Shown: positions 1 to 8,700 of the stretch, in pieces
How the letters are laid out: every line of letters starts with the position of its first letter
Position numbering within the stretch: position 1 is the first letter of the stretch
Assembly: GCA_963722075.1 (NCBI GenBank)
Contig: CAVRJM010000001.1
Span: 149,898-213,897, forward strand
Direction of reading: 5' to 3'
Source: Candidatus Babeliales bacterium
Lineage (GTDB): Bacteria > Babelota > Babeliae > Babelales > JANWKD01
DNA length: 64,000 bases
Notes under the pieces: model-generated
Databases searched by the model: none
Seen by the model: only the letters and a program-made list of their open reading frames with translations
What the model was told of the DNA's origin: nothing
Program-made: the position numbers and the translations under genes

Positions 1-126
1 GCCCCGTCAATTATTGAAAAAGGTAAAAATTTATTTTATATAAAACTAATAAATAATTTTTTTCATTGAATGAATAAATCATTGTAATAAATAAACTTAT
101 GAAATGAATTGAAAAATTTTAATGAA

Positions 127-157
127 CCTGGATTGCTTCGACGAGCTCGCAACGACG
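127..157. repeat. GC-rich dispersed repeat, module A (CTGGATTGCTTCG..CTCGCAACGAC)
   Basis: The sequence cctggattgcttcgacgagctcgcaacgacg stands out in AT-rich intergenic DNA. The same module recurs at 18130, 22842 (reverse complement), 23002, ~33152 and 60162. Confidence 0.75.
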
Positions 158-301
158 TACGTTTATAATTTTATATTATTTGAGCAAGATATTATGCATC
201 TTAGTGGGAATTTAAAACTTCAAATAAGTGTAAAACTCAACAGAATCTAGCGAGTTTGGCATCTAAAACAGCCTATTTACAAAAAAAGGTCCTTTATTAA
301 T

Positions 302-328
302 GGGATCCTCACGCTGCGCTCGGACGAT
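302..328. repeat. GC-rich dispersed repeat (GGATCC-CACGCTNCGCTCGG type)
   Basis: gggatcctcacgctgcgctcggacgat closely matches 1885-1915 (ctggatccccacgctagcgctcgggatgacg). Confidence 0.6.
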
Positions 329-342
329 AAAAAGAGGGATCA

Positions 343-1695
343 TTACTTAGTCTTTGCATCCTGCACATCATACCCAAGTTGTTTTAACTTCTCACGCAAT
401 TCATCTGATTTTTTATAATCCTTAGCAATGCGTGCTGCTTCACGCTCCTCAATCAATTGTTGAATTTCAGCAGTAATAGTAACTGCTTTTTCAGGTAAGG
501 GATGTAAAGTAAGGCCTAAAATATCAATAATGAATTTTTTTACCAAGCATGCTTCATCAGGTGAAAGTTTTTTAAGATGTTCAAAAACTACGCCAAACAT
601 GCCGGGTGTATTTAAATCATCAACTAAAAACTCCATCATTTTTTTTATAATTTCCGATTCTTTTACTTGAGAAGGCAGTATATTTTCAGGAATTTGTACT
701 TTACTAAAGAACAGTGCCAATTTTTGATATGTTTTGTGTGCCGTTTGTAAATCATCTAAAGAAAAATCCAGCGGCGATCGATAATGATGTGTCAGAATCA
801 TGTATCGTAATACCATCGGATCAAATTGTTCAAAAATTTGGCGAATGGTAAAGAAATTATGCAGAGATTTAGACATTTTTTCTTCATTTATGCGCACAAA
901 TGCATTATGCATCCAGTATCGTGCAAATGGTTTACCCCAGACGCTTTCTGATTGCGCAATTTCATTTTCATGATGTGGGAAAATAAGATCCATGCCGCCG
1001 CCATGAATATCAATATGTTCGCCTAAAAAATGGCGGGCAAGCGCCGAACATTCTATATGCCAACCCGGGCGTCCATATCCCCAAGGGCTTTTCCAAAAAG
1101 TTCCTTCTGGTTCTGCTTTCCATAAAGCAAAATCAAGAGGATCTCTTTTTTTATGGTTTTGTTCAACACGAGCACCAATGCGCAAATCTTCAAGCTTTTG
1201 TTTAGATAATTGCCCATAATCAGAAAAGGTTGGGATGCTAAAATAAACATCACCATCTACCACATACGCTTTGCCGGTATCAACGAGTTTTTTAATAAGG
1301 GTAATAATCTCAGGGATGTGCTCTGTTACACGGGGTTGAAAGGTTGGTGCCAAGCAATTGAGCGCTACCATGTCTTCCTGATAGGCAGTAATAAATTGAT
1401 TGGCAACGAGTAAAAATTTGCTTGGATCGCCATATTCTTGTACTGCTTTATTAATTAATTTGTCATCAATATCAGTAAAATTGCGACAATAAATAACGGT
1501 ATAATCCAAAAATGTTAATAATCGATATAACAGATCAAATACAATATACACGCGGGCATGGCCAACGTGAGAATAATCATAAGGAGTTACGCCACAAACA
1601 TACATGGTAACCTTGTGAGGATACCAGGGTTTAAATGATTCTTTTTTAGCGCTTAAGGTATTGTTAATAACTAGCATATATTCCAACTCGTGCAT
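343..1695 (-). CDS. cysS: cysteine--tRNA ligase
   Basis: Class I aaRS signatures are present: HIGH-type motif (YSHVGHARVY) and a literal KMSKS. The overall layout is CysS-like (PWGYGRPGWHIECSA, LIFPHHENEIAQ). An alternative start at 1677 (MLVINNTLS..) fits typical CysS N-termini better. Confidence 0.95.
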   Translation of the reverse strand: MHELEYMLVINNTLSAKKESFKPWYPHKVTMYVCGVTPYDYSHVGHARVYIVFDLLYRLLTFLDYTVIYCRNFTDIDDKLINKAVQEYGDPSKFLLVANQFITAYQEDMVALNCLAPTFQPRVTEHIPEIITLIKKLVDTGKAYVVDGDVYFSIPTFSDYGQLSKQKLEDLRIGARVEQNHKKRDPLDFALWKAEPEGTFWKSPWGYGRPGWHIECSALARHFLGEHIDIHGGGMDLIFPHHENEIAQSESVWGKPFARYWMHNAFVRINEEKMSKSLHNFFTIRQIFEQFDPMVLRYMILTHHYRSPLDFSLDDLQTAHKTYQKLALFFSKVQIPENILPSQVKESEIIKKMMEFLVDDLNTPGMFGVVFEHLKKLSPDEACLVKKFIIDILGLTLHPLPEKAVTITAEIQQLIEEREAARIAKDYKKSDELREKLKQLGYDVQDAKTK

Positions 1696-1811
1696 TTTAA
1701 GGGTTTTTTATAGTTTAAAAAAGATTATCCACTCTGGTCAATCTTAAAAAAAAAGGTATTCTAATTTATTATTAAAAATTACAGAATTATATTAAATAAA
1801 TTTTTCGATAT

Positions 1812-1852
1812 GTCATTCTGAGATCTTGCTTTGCAAGATCGTGAGAATCCAG
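1812..1852. repeat. palindromic GTCAT..ATCCAG hairpin element
   Basis: gtcattctgaGATCTTGCtttGCAAGATCgtgagaatccag has a perfect 8-bp inner hairpin plus outer arms ATTCT/AGAAT. It belongs to the family at 39546, 39592, 47441, 47501, 50485 and 61490 (reverse complement). Confidence 0.8.
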
Positions 1853-1884
1853 TTATAAAATATAAAGACTTTTTTATTTATTTA

Positions 1885-1915
1885 CTGGATCCCCACGCTA
1901 GCGCTCGGGATGACG
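1885..1915. repeat. palindromic GTCAT..ATCCAG element, reverse orientation
   Basis: The reverse complement reads cgtcatcccgagcgctagcgtggggatccag, with arms ATCCC/GGGAT. Confidence 0.7.
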
Positions 1916-1950
1916 TCTGGGTTGGTTCTGGTAGCTTAGGAGCGTATAAT

Positions 1951-4584
1951 ATGACATCGGTGCTGATGAACGTACTGTTATTTTTTTCATTTTTCTTTTC
2001 AATTCCTTGTATTGTATATGCAGATAGTGATACTAAATCACCTGAACCCATTGCTTTAGAAGAGGATTTATGGCGCATAACAGAACCACAACAACAACCC
2101 CCTGCATTGCCTGTTGAACCCATATACGATAATGCAGATGACGTTTCAATTGTATCGCAACATAAATTAAAAGATAAAGCTGAAAAAACAACTAACAATG
2201 ATATGAATCCACAAGACAGGATGGTCCCTGCAAAACCGCTTATTAATGATATTATCATTATTGGCAATAATCAGGTAGGTACTGATGCAATTCTTAATAA
2301 AATTCCCTATCACGTTAATGAAGAATATACACCGATCAAATCAAAATCCCTTATTTCAAACCTAATGGAGATGGGATACTTTAAAAACGTATCGCTTAAA
2401 GGGGAATTACTTCCGGATAATAAAATAAATCTATATGTGATACTAGCAGAAAAACAACCACTTAAAGAGGTGATTTTTAAAGGGAATAAGCATTTATTAG
2501 AAAAAGATATAAAGAAAAAAATTAAATTTAATGAAAAACCCGCTATTGATGAAAGTGATCTTAAAAAATTTATTAATGACCTTAAAAAATTATATAGAGA
2601 AAAAAACTACCATAACGTTGAAATCGAAGCACAGCTAGAAGATGCTGGCCAGGGTAAGGTAAATGCCGTTTTTACCATTACTGAAAATAAAAAATCTGCT
2701 GTTCAACGAGTTTTTTTTGAAGGGAATAAAGCATTTTCTGATAAAGAGTTACGGGGCCTCATATTCACGCGTGAAGATTGGGTATTAGGGTTTATGGATA
2801 AAGCTGGTTTTTATCAGCCAGAAGCAATCGAAGCAGATCGCCATATGTTGGAAAATTTTTACCAAAGCCGAGGGTATTTAAATGCAAAAGTAACTGATGT
2901 TGAAATACAGCCTGATGTGCAGGATCCTTATAATATGAAAATAACATTTCATATTCTTGAAGGCGATCTTTATACCGTACGCGATATTAAAGTAGCGGGT
3001 AATGATGCTGTTTCTGAAGCGGAAGTTTTAAGTCGATTACCCATAAAATCAGGTGATTTATATTCTAAAGAAAAAATTCGTGATTCAATTGAATTAATAC
3101 GCTTACTACTGGGGGAATATGGCTATATTTATGCCGATGTTGATCCTTCTATTGAACCCGATAATGAAAATAAGACGGTAAATATCACCTTCTTTACTGA
3201 ATTAGGTGATAAAATTACCGTTCGTAAAATTGAAATTCGTGGTAACCAAAAGACGCGCCAAAAGATTATTCGTCGTCAATTATTATTTGATGAAGGTGAT
3301 TTATTAACAACGCAACGCCTTGAAAAATCAAAAGAACGGGTAGAACAATTGGGTTATTTTGATCAACAAAATGGGGTGAGTTGGAAACTTAAGCGGGTAA
3401 ATCAGGATATTGCCGATTTAGAACTTTTTGTAAATGAGGTTAAAACAGGGCGTGTAGATATGCAACTAGGTTTTGGTGGTTCGCCGCGTGATTTACAAAA
3501 CCCTACCGAATCGTTACGTATTGGTGGGTCTATTTCTGATACAAATTTACTTGGCCTTGGTATTGGATTTAATTTAAGTGGTGAATTTTCAAAGCAAGAA
3601 CGGCAACTTCTTTTCAATATTACTGAACCGTGGCTTTTTGATCGTCCTATTTTTGCAGCGCTTGATTTAGCAATCAAAAAATCATTATATGAAGATTTTC
3701 AATTTACCAAAAATGAAGTAAAAGAGCAGTTGGTAAATGGCTCATTTAGTGTTGGTTTTATTTCTCAAAAATTAAATATGACGCGCTTCCTTTTCCTTTT
3801 TGGGGTAGAAGGGTTGCATTATAATCAACCACCTGAAGTAAACCCAGCCTCAATACCAGATCCAAAGGAAGCGGCAGAATTTACGATGATTCTACAGCGC
3901 CGTTTTCCGCAAGGTAGTTTTGCCTGGACTGGTGCACAAGCAAGCCAGGATTTTCGTAATCATCCGCTGCACCCCAGCCGTGGATATCAATGGCTTATTC
4001 AAACACGTATGGGCATTCCTAATAGTGGTCATTTTCATTTAGCTTCCGCACCGCAAGCATCTGCCTTCAATTTTGGATTCTGGAAACTAGATGGCGATGC
4101 CAGCTATTATACGCCATTAATTGGTGAACGTGATTTAGTATTTTACTTCCATACCCATTTTGGCATTGTGGGATCATTCCCGGGGAAAGTAATTCCATTT
4201 AGGGAATTGTACCATATTGGTGGTCCGGCCAGTGTTAGAGGGTTCTTATTTGGTGAAATTGGGCCCACCTTCAAAGGCGTCGATTCTATTGGTGCTAAAA
4301 AAGCATTTTGGTTTAACGCTGAGTTAATTTTCCCGGTAGCTCCTGACTTTTCTATTAAAGGAATCGTATTTTATGATGGTGGTGCTGGATGGGATACGCC
4401 TGATTCGCAAGCAATTTCCAAAAAACGGCTTAAAAATAATAGCTTTAACTATCGTCATTCAGTAGGATTTGGGGTGCGTTTATTGAGGCCTACGCCAATG
4501 CGTATTGATTGGGGTTTCAAGCTTGATAAACGTAAGGGCGAATCACCGAGTGAAGTACATTTGACGATGTCTCATGATTTCTAA
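1951..4584 (+). CDS. bamA: outer membrane protein assembly factor BamA
   Basis: Signal peptide MTSVLMNVLLFFSFFFSIPCIVYA|DS, followed by repeated POTRA-like units (e.g. IIIIGNNQV.., VIFKGNKHL.., VFFEGNKAF.., IKVAGNDAV.., IEIRGNQKT..). The C-terminal Omp85 barrel ends with an aromatic residue (..LTMSHDF). The ORF-track start at 1831 is a TTG inside a repeat hairpin and is probably not used. Confidence 0.9.
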   Translation: MTSVLMNVLLFFSFFFSIPCIVYADSDTKSPEPIALEEDLWRITEPQQQPPALPVEPIYDNADDVSIVSQHKLKDKAEKTTNNDMNPQDRMVPAKPLINDIIIIGNNQVGTDAILNKIPYHVNEEYTPIKSKSLISNLMEMGYFKNVSLKGELLPDNKINLYVILAEKQPLKEVIFKGNKHLLEKDIKKKIKFNEKPAIDESDLKKFINDLKKLYREKNYHNVEIEAQLEDAGQGKVNAVFTITENKKSAVQRVFFEGNKAFSDKELRGLIFTREDWVLGFMDKAGFYQPEAIEADRHMLENFYQSRGYLNAKVTDVEIQPDVQDPYNMKITFHILEGDLYTVRDIKVAGNDAVSEAEVLSRLPIKSGDLYSKEKIRDSIELIRLLLGEYGYIYADVDPSIEPDNENKTVNITFFTELGDKITVRKIEIRGNQKTRQKIIRRQLLFDEGDLLTTQRLEKSKERVEQLGYFDQQNGVSWKLKRVNQDIADLELFVNEVKTGRVDMQLGFGGSPRDLQNPTESLRIGGSISDTNLLGLGIGFNLSGEFSKQERQLLFNITEPWLFDRPIFAALDLAIKKSLYEDFQFTKNEVKEQLVNGSFSVGFISQKLNMTRFLFLFGVEGLHYNQPPEVNPASIPDPKEAAEFTMILQRRFPQGSFAWTGAQASQDFRNHPLHPSRGYQWLIQTRMGIPNSGHFHLASAPQASAFNFGFWKLDGDASYYTPLIGERDLVFYFHTHFGIVGSFPGKVIPFRELYHIGGPASVRGFLFGEIGPTFKGVDSIGAKKAFWFNAELIFPVAPDFSIKGIVFYDGGAGWDTPDSQAISKKRLKNNSFNYRHSVGFGVRLLRPTPMRIDWGFKLDKRKGESPSEVHLTMSHDF

Positions 4585-4662
4585 AAAACCCTTTATTTAA
4601 GGTATGTATTTCTGCTAAAATAGGTATATATTGGTTAGATATTATGAAAATGGAGAGTATCT

Positions 4663-4986
4663 ATGAAAAACAATAAAATATCTTATTTATTATTATTGTT
4701 AGTTTGTCAAAGCATGCGCGCAATGGAAAATCCAAATCCTGAAAAGGAAGTAAAAAGCGAATATAACCTGCAAGGGCTTGATTTTGCTGATGAAATAATA
4801 TTATCAGCTGCAATACAGAAACTTGAATATTTGAAAAATAATAAGAATAGTATAATCCAAAACTATATAAATAAAGCTGGAATAACCCTGAAAGAGGCAA
4901 CGAATCTATATGACAATAATTTAACAGAAGCTCAGGGCTATTTGGATGAGGTAGTAACGGCGATCAAGAAAGGATTGGGTTACTAA
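4663..4986 (+). CDS. small secreted protein, array paralog P1
   Basis: SD ggagag lies upstream. Signal peptide MKNNKISYLLLLLVCQSMRA|MENP. Core IIQNYINKAGITLKEATNLYDNNL matches the array motif. Confidence 0.7.
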   Translation: MKNNKISYLLLLLVCQSMRAMENPNPEKEVKSEYNLQGLDFADEIILSAAIQKLEYLKNNKNSIIQNYINKAGITLKEATNLYDNNLTEAQGYLDEVVTAIKKGLGY

Positions 4987-4993
4987 CGTAGAA

Positions 4994-5040
4994 GATGCTG
5001 AACAGCATTTAGAAATATAATATCTTGAATGGAGCAAAAA
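4994..5040 (+). promoter_or_regulatory. conserved leader upstream of array paralog (candidate promoter + SD)
   Basis: ..cagcatttagaaatataatatcttgaatggagcaaaaa is near-identical to the leaders at 5664-5723 and 7536-7586. It contains a TATAAT-like box and a GGAG 8-9 nt before ATGGACGG. Confidence 0.35.
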
Positions 5041-5595
5041 ATGGACGGTTATAACAACTATAAAAAATATTTTATTACGATCATAGGTTTATTACTTGCC
5101 ATTTCTTCACTGAATGCGATGCTTTATGATGCGCCTAATAATAATGATAAACGTATCAAAGAAATAGAAGATCATCTGGCCTTCATTAATAATCATATTG
5201 ATGAGTTTATTAAAAGTACTATGAAGCAATTTAATATATCAGAAGAAGACGCTATAGAGTATTATCATCAGCTTGTTGATGGCTACGAAGATGAGATTCA
5301 AAAATTACATGAAAAAGATACGCATCTTGAATATTTCCTGGTATACAATGAGGATCCAGAAAATATTCGTGGCCAATTGAGGGGAATAAATGACGAAATT
5401 ACATATTATGAAAAAGAAAAAAACGATATAATCCAAAATTTTAGTATTGGATATCAGATATCTAAATCAGAGGCACTTGAGCAATATGAAAGGAACTTGT
5501 CCAATTTAAAAGATGAAAGAGACGGGTTATTACTTTTATTGGGACAATTAAAGCCGGAATTAACGGTAGAAGAATACATTAAAAAAATTGAATAA
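5041..5595 (+). CDS. small secreted protein, array paralog P2 (two-module fusion)
   Basis: The start ATGGACGG is conserved with 5724, 7116 and 7587; the ATG at 5029 lies within the conserved SD region. Signal peptide ..IIGLLLAISSLNA|MLYD. The N-half matches P3 and the C-half matches P6. Confidence 0.8.
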   Translation: MDGYNNYKKYFITIIGLLLAISSLNAMLYDAPNNNDKRIKEIEDHLAFINNHIDEFIKSTMKQFNISEEDAIEYYHQLVDGYEDEIQKLHEKDTHLEYFLVYNEDPENIRGQLRGINDEITYYEKEKNDIIQNFSIGYQISKSEALEQYERNLSNLKDERDGLLLLLGQLKPELTVEEYIKKIE

Positions 5596-5663
5596 ACCTT
5601 TTGTATCAAAGAAGAAAAGGGAATAAAATGATGAAAAAGGGTGTGGGAGAACATTAAGGTAGA

Positions 5664-5723
5664 AAATGCTGAAAAATTTCAAGACAGCATTTAGAAATAT
5701 AAGATCTTAAATGGGGTAAAAAA
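5664..5723 (+). promoter_or_regulatory. conserved leader upstream of array paralog
   Basis: aaatttcaagacagcatttagaaatataagatcttaaatggggtaaaaaa is duplicated at 7536-7586. Confidence 0.35.
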
Positions 5724-6011
5724 ATGGACGGTAAAAATAAATTTAAAATGTATCTTTTTATAAGTATGCTTTTGCTTACCCTATCTTCATTGTACGCAAT
5801 GAACTATTACGATCAGCGTATCAAAGAATTAACTGACCATGCGCAATTTATCAAAGACCATGCTGAATATTTTATTAAAAGTCATATGAAACAATTTGAT
5901 GTAGCAGAAGAAGAAGCACGACGCTTTTATAATGAATTGATGGGTAACTTTGAGCGAAAAATTCAAAAGTTATTTCGGAAAAGAGATGAAGTTAAGAATG
6001 TTAAACGATAG
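5724..6011 (+). CDS. small secreted protein, array paralog P3
   Basis: MDGKNKFKMYLFISMLLLTLSSLYA|MNYY; core FIKSHMKQFDVAEEEARRFYNEL. Confidence 0.8.
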   Translation: MDGKNKFKMYLFISMLLLTLSSLYAMNYYDQRIKELTDHAQFIKDHAEYFIKSHMKQFDVAEEEARRFYNELMGNFERKIQKLFRKRDEVKNVKR

Positions 6012-6025
6012 AGAAAGGAGTGATC

Positions 6026-6376
6026 ATGCAAGTACATAAACTATTTTATTTATTAATTTTAATTTTAGGGATTAATTCTGGTATTAAATCGATGGAAAAC
6101 CCATATCCAGAGGGTAGCAGAGAGTTTAGCCGAATGTATGTTCAACAAATACCAGCCAAATATTTAGAAGAAGCATTAAAAAAAGCACAGCAAGACTTTA
6201 TAGTATTTAGAGATGGTAAAGAATCTTTCATTCAACAGGTTATGCATGATTTTGGCTATAATAGGGAAGATGTACAATTCGCTTACGACAAGGAGTTAGA
6301 AGTAAAAGAAGCAATTGTAGATAGTATACAAGAGGCTATCAGAAATATACAAAACATCACCGAAGGTGCAGAATAA
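6026..6376 (+). CDS. small secreted protein, array paralog P4
   Basis: SD aaaggag lies 5 nt before the ATG at 6026; the ORF-track start at 6020 is a GTG inside the SD. MQVHKLFYLLILILGINSGIKS|MENP; core FIQQVMHDFGYNREDVQFAYDKEL. Confidence 0.7.
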   Translation: MQVHKLFYLLILILGINSGIKSMENPYPEGSREFSRMYVQQIPAKYLEEALKKAQQDFIVFRDGKESFIQQVMHDFGYNREDVQFAYDKELEVKEAIVDSIQEAIRNIQNITEGAE

Positions 6377-6417
6377 ACGAGATGAAGAAGGACTGTCTAA
6401 TAAAAAAAGGAGTATTT

Positions 6418-6480
6418 ATGAAGATAAATAAACTATTTTATTTATTTAAGCATGACCTGAAAACCCCATCGGCTTTCTAA
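6418..6480 (+). pseudogene. 5' stump of an array paralog truncated by IS200-like insertion
   Basis: SD aggag precedes ATG, then MKINKLFYLF.., the same N-terminus type as 6026 and 7882 (..KLFYL..). The reading frame then runs into the IS left-end hairpin and stops after 20 codons. Confidence 0.55.
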
Positions 6481-7006
6481 GCCTGGGGATGAAAGGTCAT
6501 CCGTATAAGGCGCGGAGGGAGCGGCTGAGTTGCGAAGTGGAGCGCCGTCGAAAAATGTGGCATACTATGAGGTATGTATTGGACAGGAGCACATACAAAG
6601 CATAGGCACATGTACCACATAGTTTGGACACCTAAATATTGGAAGAGGGTATTGCAGGGCAAAATAGCAAAACGAATAGAAGAGCTATTGAAGGAATGCT
6701 CAGAAGTAAACAATTGGGAAATACATGAATTGAATGTGCAGCCGGATCATGTGCATCTAATGGTTCAACTAAAGCCACACATAAGTGTCAGTAAAGCAGT
6801 ACAATTGTTCAAAGGTGGAAGCAGTAAAGTGATTAGAGAAGAATTTCCTGAATTAGAAGAATATTTATGGGGGGATAGCTTCTGGGGAGATGGGTTTTTT
6901 TCTGAAACTGTTGGCCAAGTAAATGTTGATGTCATTCGCGAATATATAAAAAATCAATAGTCCTTAGAATGCGAAGCCACGGCTTTTAAGCCGTGCGAGC
7001 TTCACT
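6449..7006 (+). mobile_element. IS200/IS605-family element (tnpA only)
   Basis: A Y1 HUH transposase gene is flanked by subterminal imperfect hairpins with a shared GGCTT..AAGCC core. Left hairpin: 6454-6498 (CCCCAtcGGCTTtctAAGCCTGGGG). Right hairpin: 6973-7003 (GAAGCcACGGCTTttAAGCCGTgcgaGCTTC). No tnpB is present. The exact ends are not determinable here. Confidence 0.75.
6574..6960 (+). CDS. tnpA: IS200-like Y1 (HUH) transposase
   Basis: YHIVWTPKYWKRVL, HUH motif PDHVHLMV, and a C-terminal helix with the catalytic-type Tyr (VIREYIKNQ). The 128-aa size is typical of the family. Confidence 0.9.
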   Translation: MYWTGAHTKHRHMYHIVWTPKYWKRVLQGKIAKRIEELLKECSEVNNWEIHELNVQPDHVHLMVQLKPHISVSKAVQLFKGGSSKVIREEFPELEEYLWGDSFWGDGFFSETVGQVNVDVIREYIKNQ

Positions 7007-7115
7007 TAAGCTATATATTTTTGGTAAAATAGATGTATGGTGATGGAGTAATAACAGGGAAAATATAGTTAAAACAACTGAATCACTAGAATTATAATTT
7101 ATAAGTGGAGCAAAA

Positions 7116-7487
7116 ATGGACGGTTTTATTAAATATAAAAAATCTTTTATTGCAATTATAGGTTTGTTACTTATTTCTTCATTAAATGGAATGGAGCCTG
7201 ATAAACCTTCTAAATCTGAGGAACCTAGTGCCTATTATCTAGAAGATCCAGAATATGTTCGTGAGGAATTGAAAGCATTAAATAATGATATTAAATATTA
7301 TGAAGAAAACAAAGAAGAGATAGTTCAAAATATTAGTATTGGATATCAGATATCCATGTCAGAGGCGCTAAATCAATACGAACGGCACTTATCTAATTTA
7401 AAAGAGGAAAGGGAGGAGTTGCTGCGGTTATTAGCTCCAGAAAATCCAGAATTATCATTTGAAGAATATGTTAAAAAAATTGAATAA
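7116..7487 (+). CDS. small secreted protein, array paralog P6
   Basis: MDGFIKYKKSFIAIIGLLLISSLNG|MEPD. The C-terminal region is strongly similar to the C-half of P2 (..IVQNISIGYQISMSEALNQYERHLSNLKEERE..EEYVKKIE). Confidence 0.85.
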   Translation: MDGFIKYKKSFIAIIGLLLISSLNGMEPDKPSKSEEPSAYYLEDPEYVREELKALNNDIKYYEENKEEIVQNISIGYQISMSEALNQYERHLSNLKEEREELLRLLAPENPELSFEEYVKKIE

Positions 7488-7535
7488 CAACAAATAATAA
7501 AATGCGTAATTATATATAGGTGCGGTAGTTCTTTT

Positions 7536-7586
7536 AAATTTCAAGTCAGCATTTTAGAAATATAAGATCTTAAATGGAGTAGAAAA
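7536..7586 (+). promoter_or_regulatory. conserved leader upstream of array paralog (here a pseudogene)
   Basis: aaatttcaagtcagcattttagaaatataagatcttaaatggagtagaaaa; compare 5664-5723. Confidence 0.35.
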
Positions 7587-7871
7587 ATGGACGGTAAAAA
7601 TAAATTTAAAATGTATCTTTTTATAAGCATGTTTTTGCTTACTCTATCTTCATTGCACGCAATGAGCTATTTTGATCAACGCATTTAAGAAATAAAAGAT
7701 CATGCTCAATTTATTAGGGATCATGTAGATGAATTTATTAAAAGCCATGTAAGGCAATTTGGGGTAGATGAAGAAGAAGCACGGCGCTTTTATAATGAAT
7801 TGATGGGTAACTTTGAAAAGAAAATTCAGAAATTGCTTAGAAAAAAAGATGAAGAAAATAAGGGTGCCTAA
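7587..7871 (+). pseudogene. nonsense-mutated copy of paralog P3
   Basis: The region is collinear with 5724-6011 at nucleotide level. Codon 34 is TAA (7686-7688, ..cgcatttaagaa..) where P3 has AAA (..cgtatcaaagaa..). The frame stays open and P3-like afterwards (..FIKSHVRQFGVDEEEARRFYNELMGNFEKKIQKL..) up to the TAA at 7869. Confidence 0.85.
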
Positions 7872-7881
7872 GGGGGAAAAA

Positions 7882-8214
7882 ATGAGCTTTAATAAGTTAT
7901 TTTATTTATTTGTATTAATAATGATAATGGGACGTGATGTTTTTGCTATGGAATATACCGGCTTTTATGTTGAGAGTCCAAGCACTACTCAAATTAAATC
8001 TGTAAACGAACAAATTAAAAGTTTGGAAAAAATGATTCAAGGCATAGAAAAAAATAGGGAAAGATTTGTAAACCGTCGGGTAAGGGAAGGGATGACTAAA
8101 GAAGCAGCAGAAATTGATTTTCAGGATTGGCTTGAAAAAAAGAAAGCGCAATTGTATACGCTAAAAAATCCTGATACAGAAGAAAGCTACGTATCGGAAA
8201 TATGGCAAGAATAA
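7882..8214 (+). CDS. small secreted protein, array paralog P8
   Basis: SD aggggg lies upstream of the ATG at 7882. MSFNKLFYLFVLIMIMGRDVFA|MEYT; core FVNRRVREGMTKEAAEIDFQDWL. The ORF-track start at 7813 lies inside the upstream pseudogene. Confidence 0.7.
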   Translation: MSFNKLFYLFVLIMIMGRDVFAMEYTGFYVESPSTTQIKSVNEQIKSLEKMIQGIEKNRERFVNRRVREGMTKEAAEIDFQDWLEKKKAQLYTLKNPDTEESYVSEIWQE

Positions 8215-8239
8215 ATTAAAATGAATTGGAGGAGAAAAC

Positions 8240-8559
8240 ATGAAGATGTTTAAGCTAATTTTTATAGCACTATTATATTGATAAGTAACACTAATCTTAT
8301 TAATGCAATGAAGCGTCCATATCGAAGTGATACCTGGGAAGCTCCAGCTTCATCATTTGTGTTTCAACAAATATATACAGATTGGGATAGAAAAGTTAAA
8401 AATATGGAAGATAATAGAGATCAAGAAATACAGCAATTGACTATTGATAATCCAACTTGGACTTTAGAAGACGTAGAAAATGAATATAATAGAATTTTAG
8501 AAAATGCAAAAGCAAACCGTGAGAATGCAAAGAATCAATTTTTATCCGAGATTTCTTAA
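8240..8559 (+). pseudogene. array paralog P9 with frameshift in its signal-peptide region
   Basis: SD ggaggag plus ATG at 8240 give MKMFKLIFIALLY* . The rest of the gene (8278-8559, ..NLINA|MKRPY.., core IQQLTIDNPTWTLEDVENEYNRIL) is in another frame. One extra T in the T5 run at 8259-8263 would restore MKMFKLIFYSTIILISNTNLINAMKRPY. Confidence 0.6.
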
Positions 8560-8700
8560 TTTTTTACTATTGTATTGCCAAATGAAATTCCAATAAGATT
8601 AGATGGGTAATAAAATATCTCTTGAGCTATTTATGTAAGTATAAATTCTATTATAATAAGGTAATAATAATTATTATATTGTTTTCAATAGGAAATATTT

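Noticed and set aside
1831-1950. The ORF track extends bamA 40 codons upstream (MQDRENPVIKY..).
   Set aside because: The TTG start lies inside the 1812-1852 hairpin repeat, and the extension reads through a second repeat copy (1885-1915). A proper signal peptide begins at the ATG at 1951.
7686-7688. An in-frame TAA (and the TGA at 8279) as evidence for stop-codon reassignment.
   Set aside because: TAA and TGA terminate many well-conserved genes here at the expected positions (e.g. rho, gyrB, pheT, sodA). The paralog has a sense codon at the same place, so ordinary mutation is the simpler explanation.
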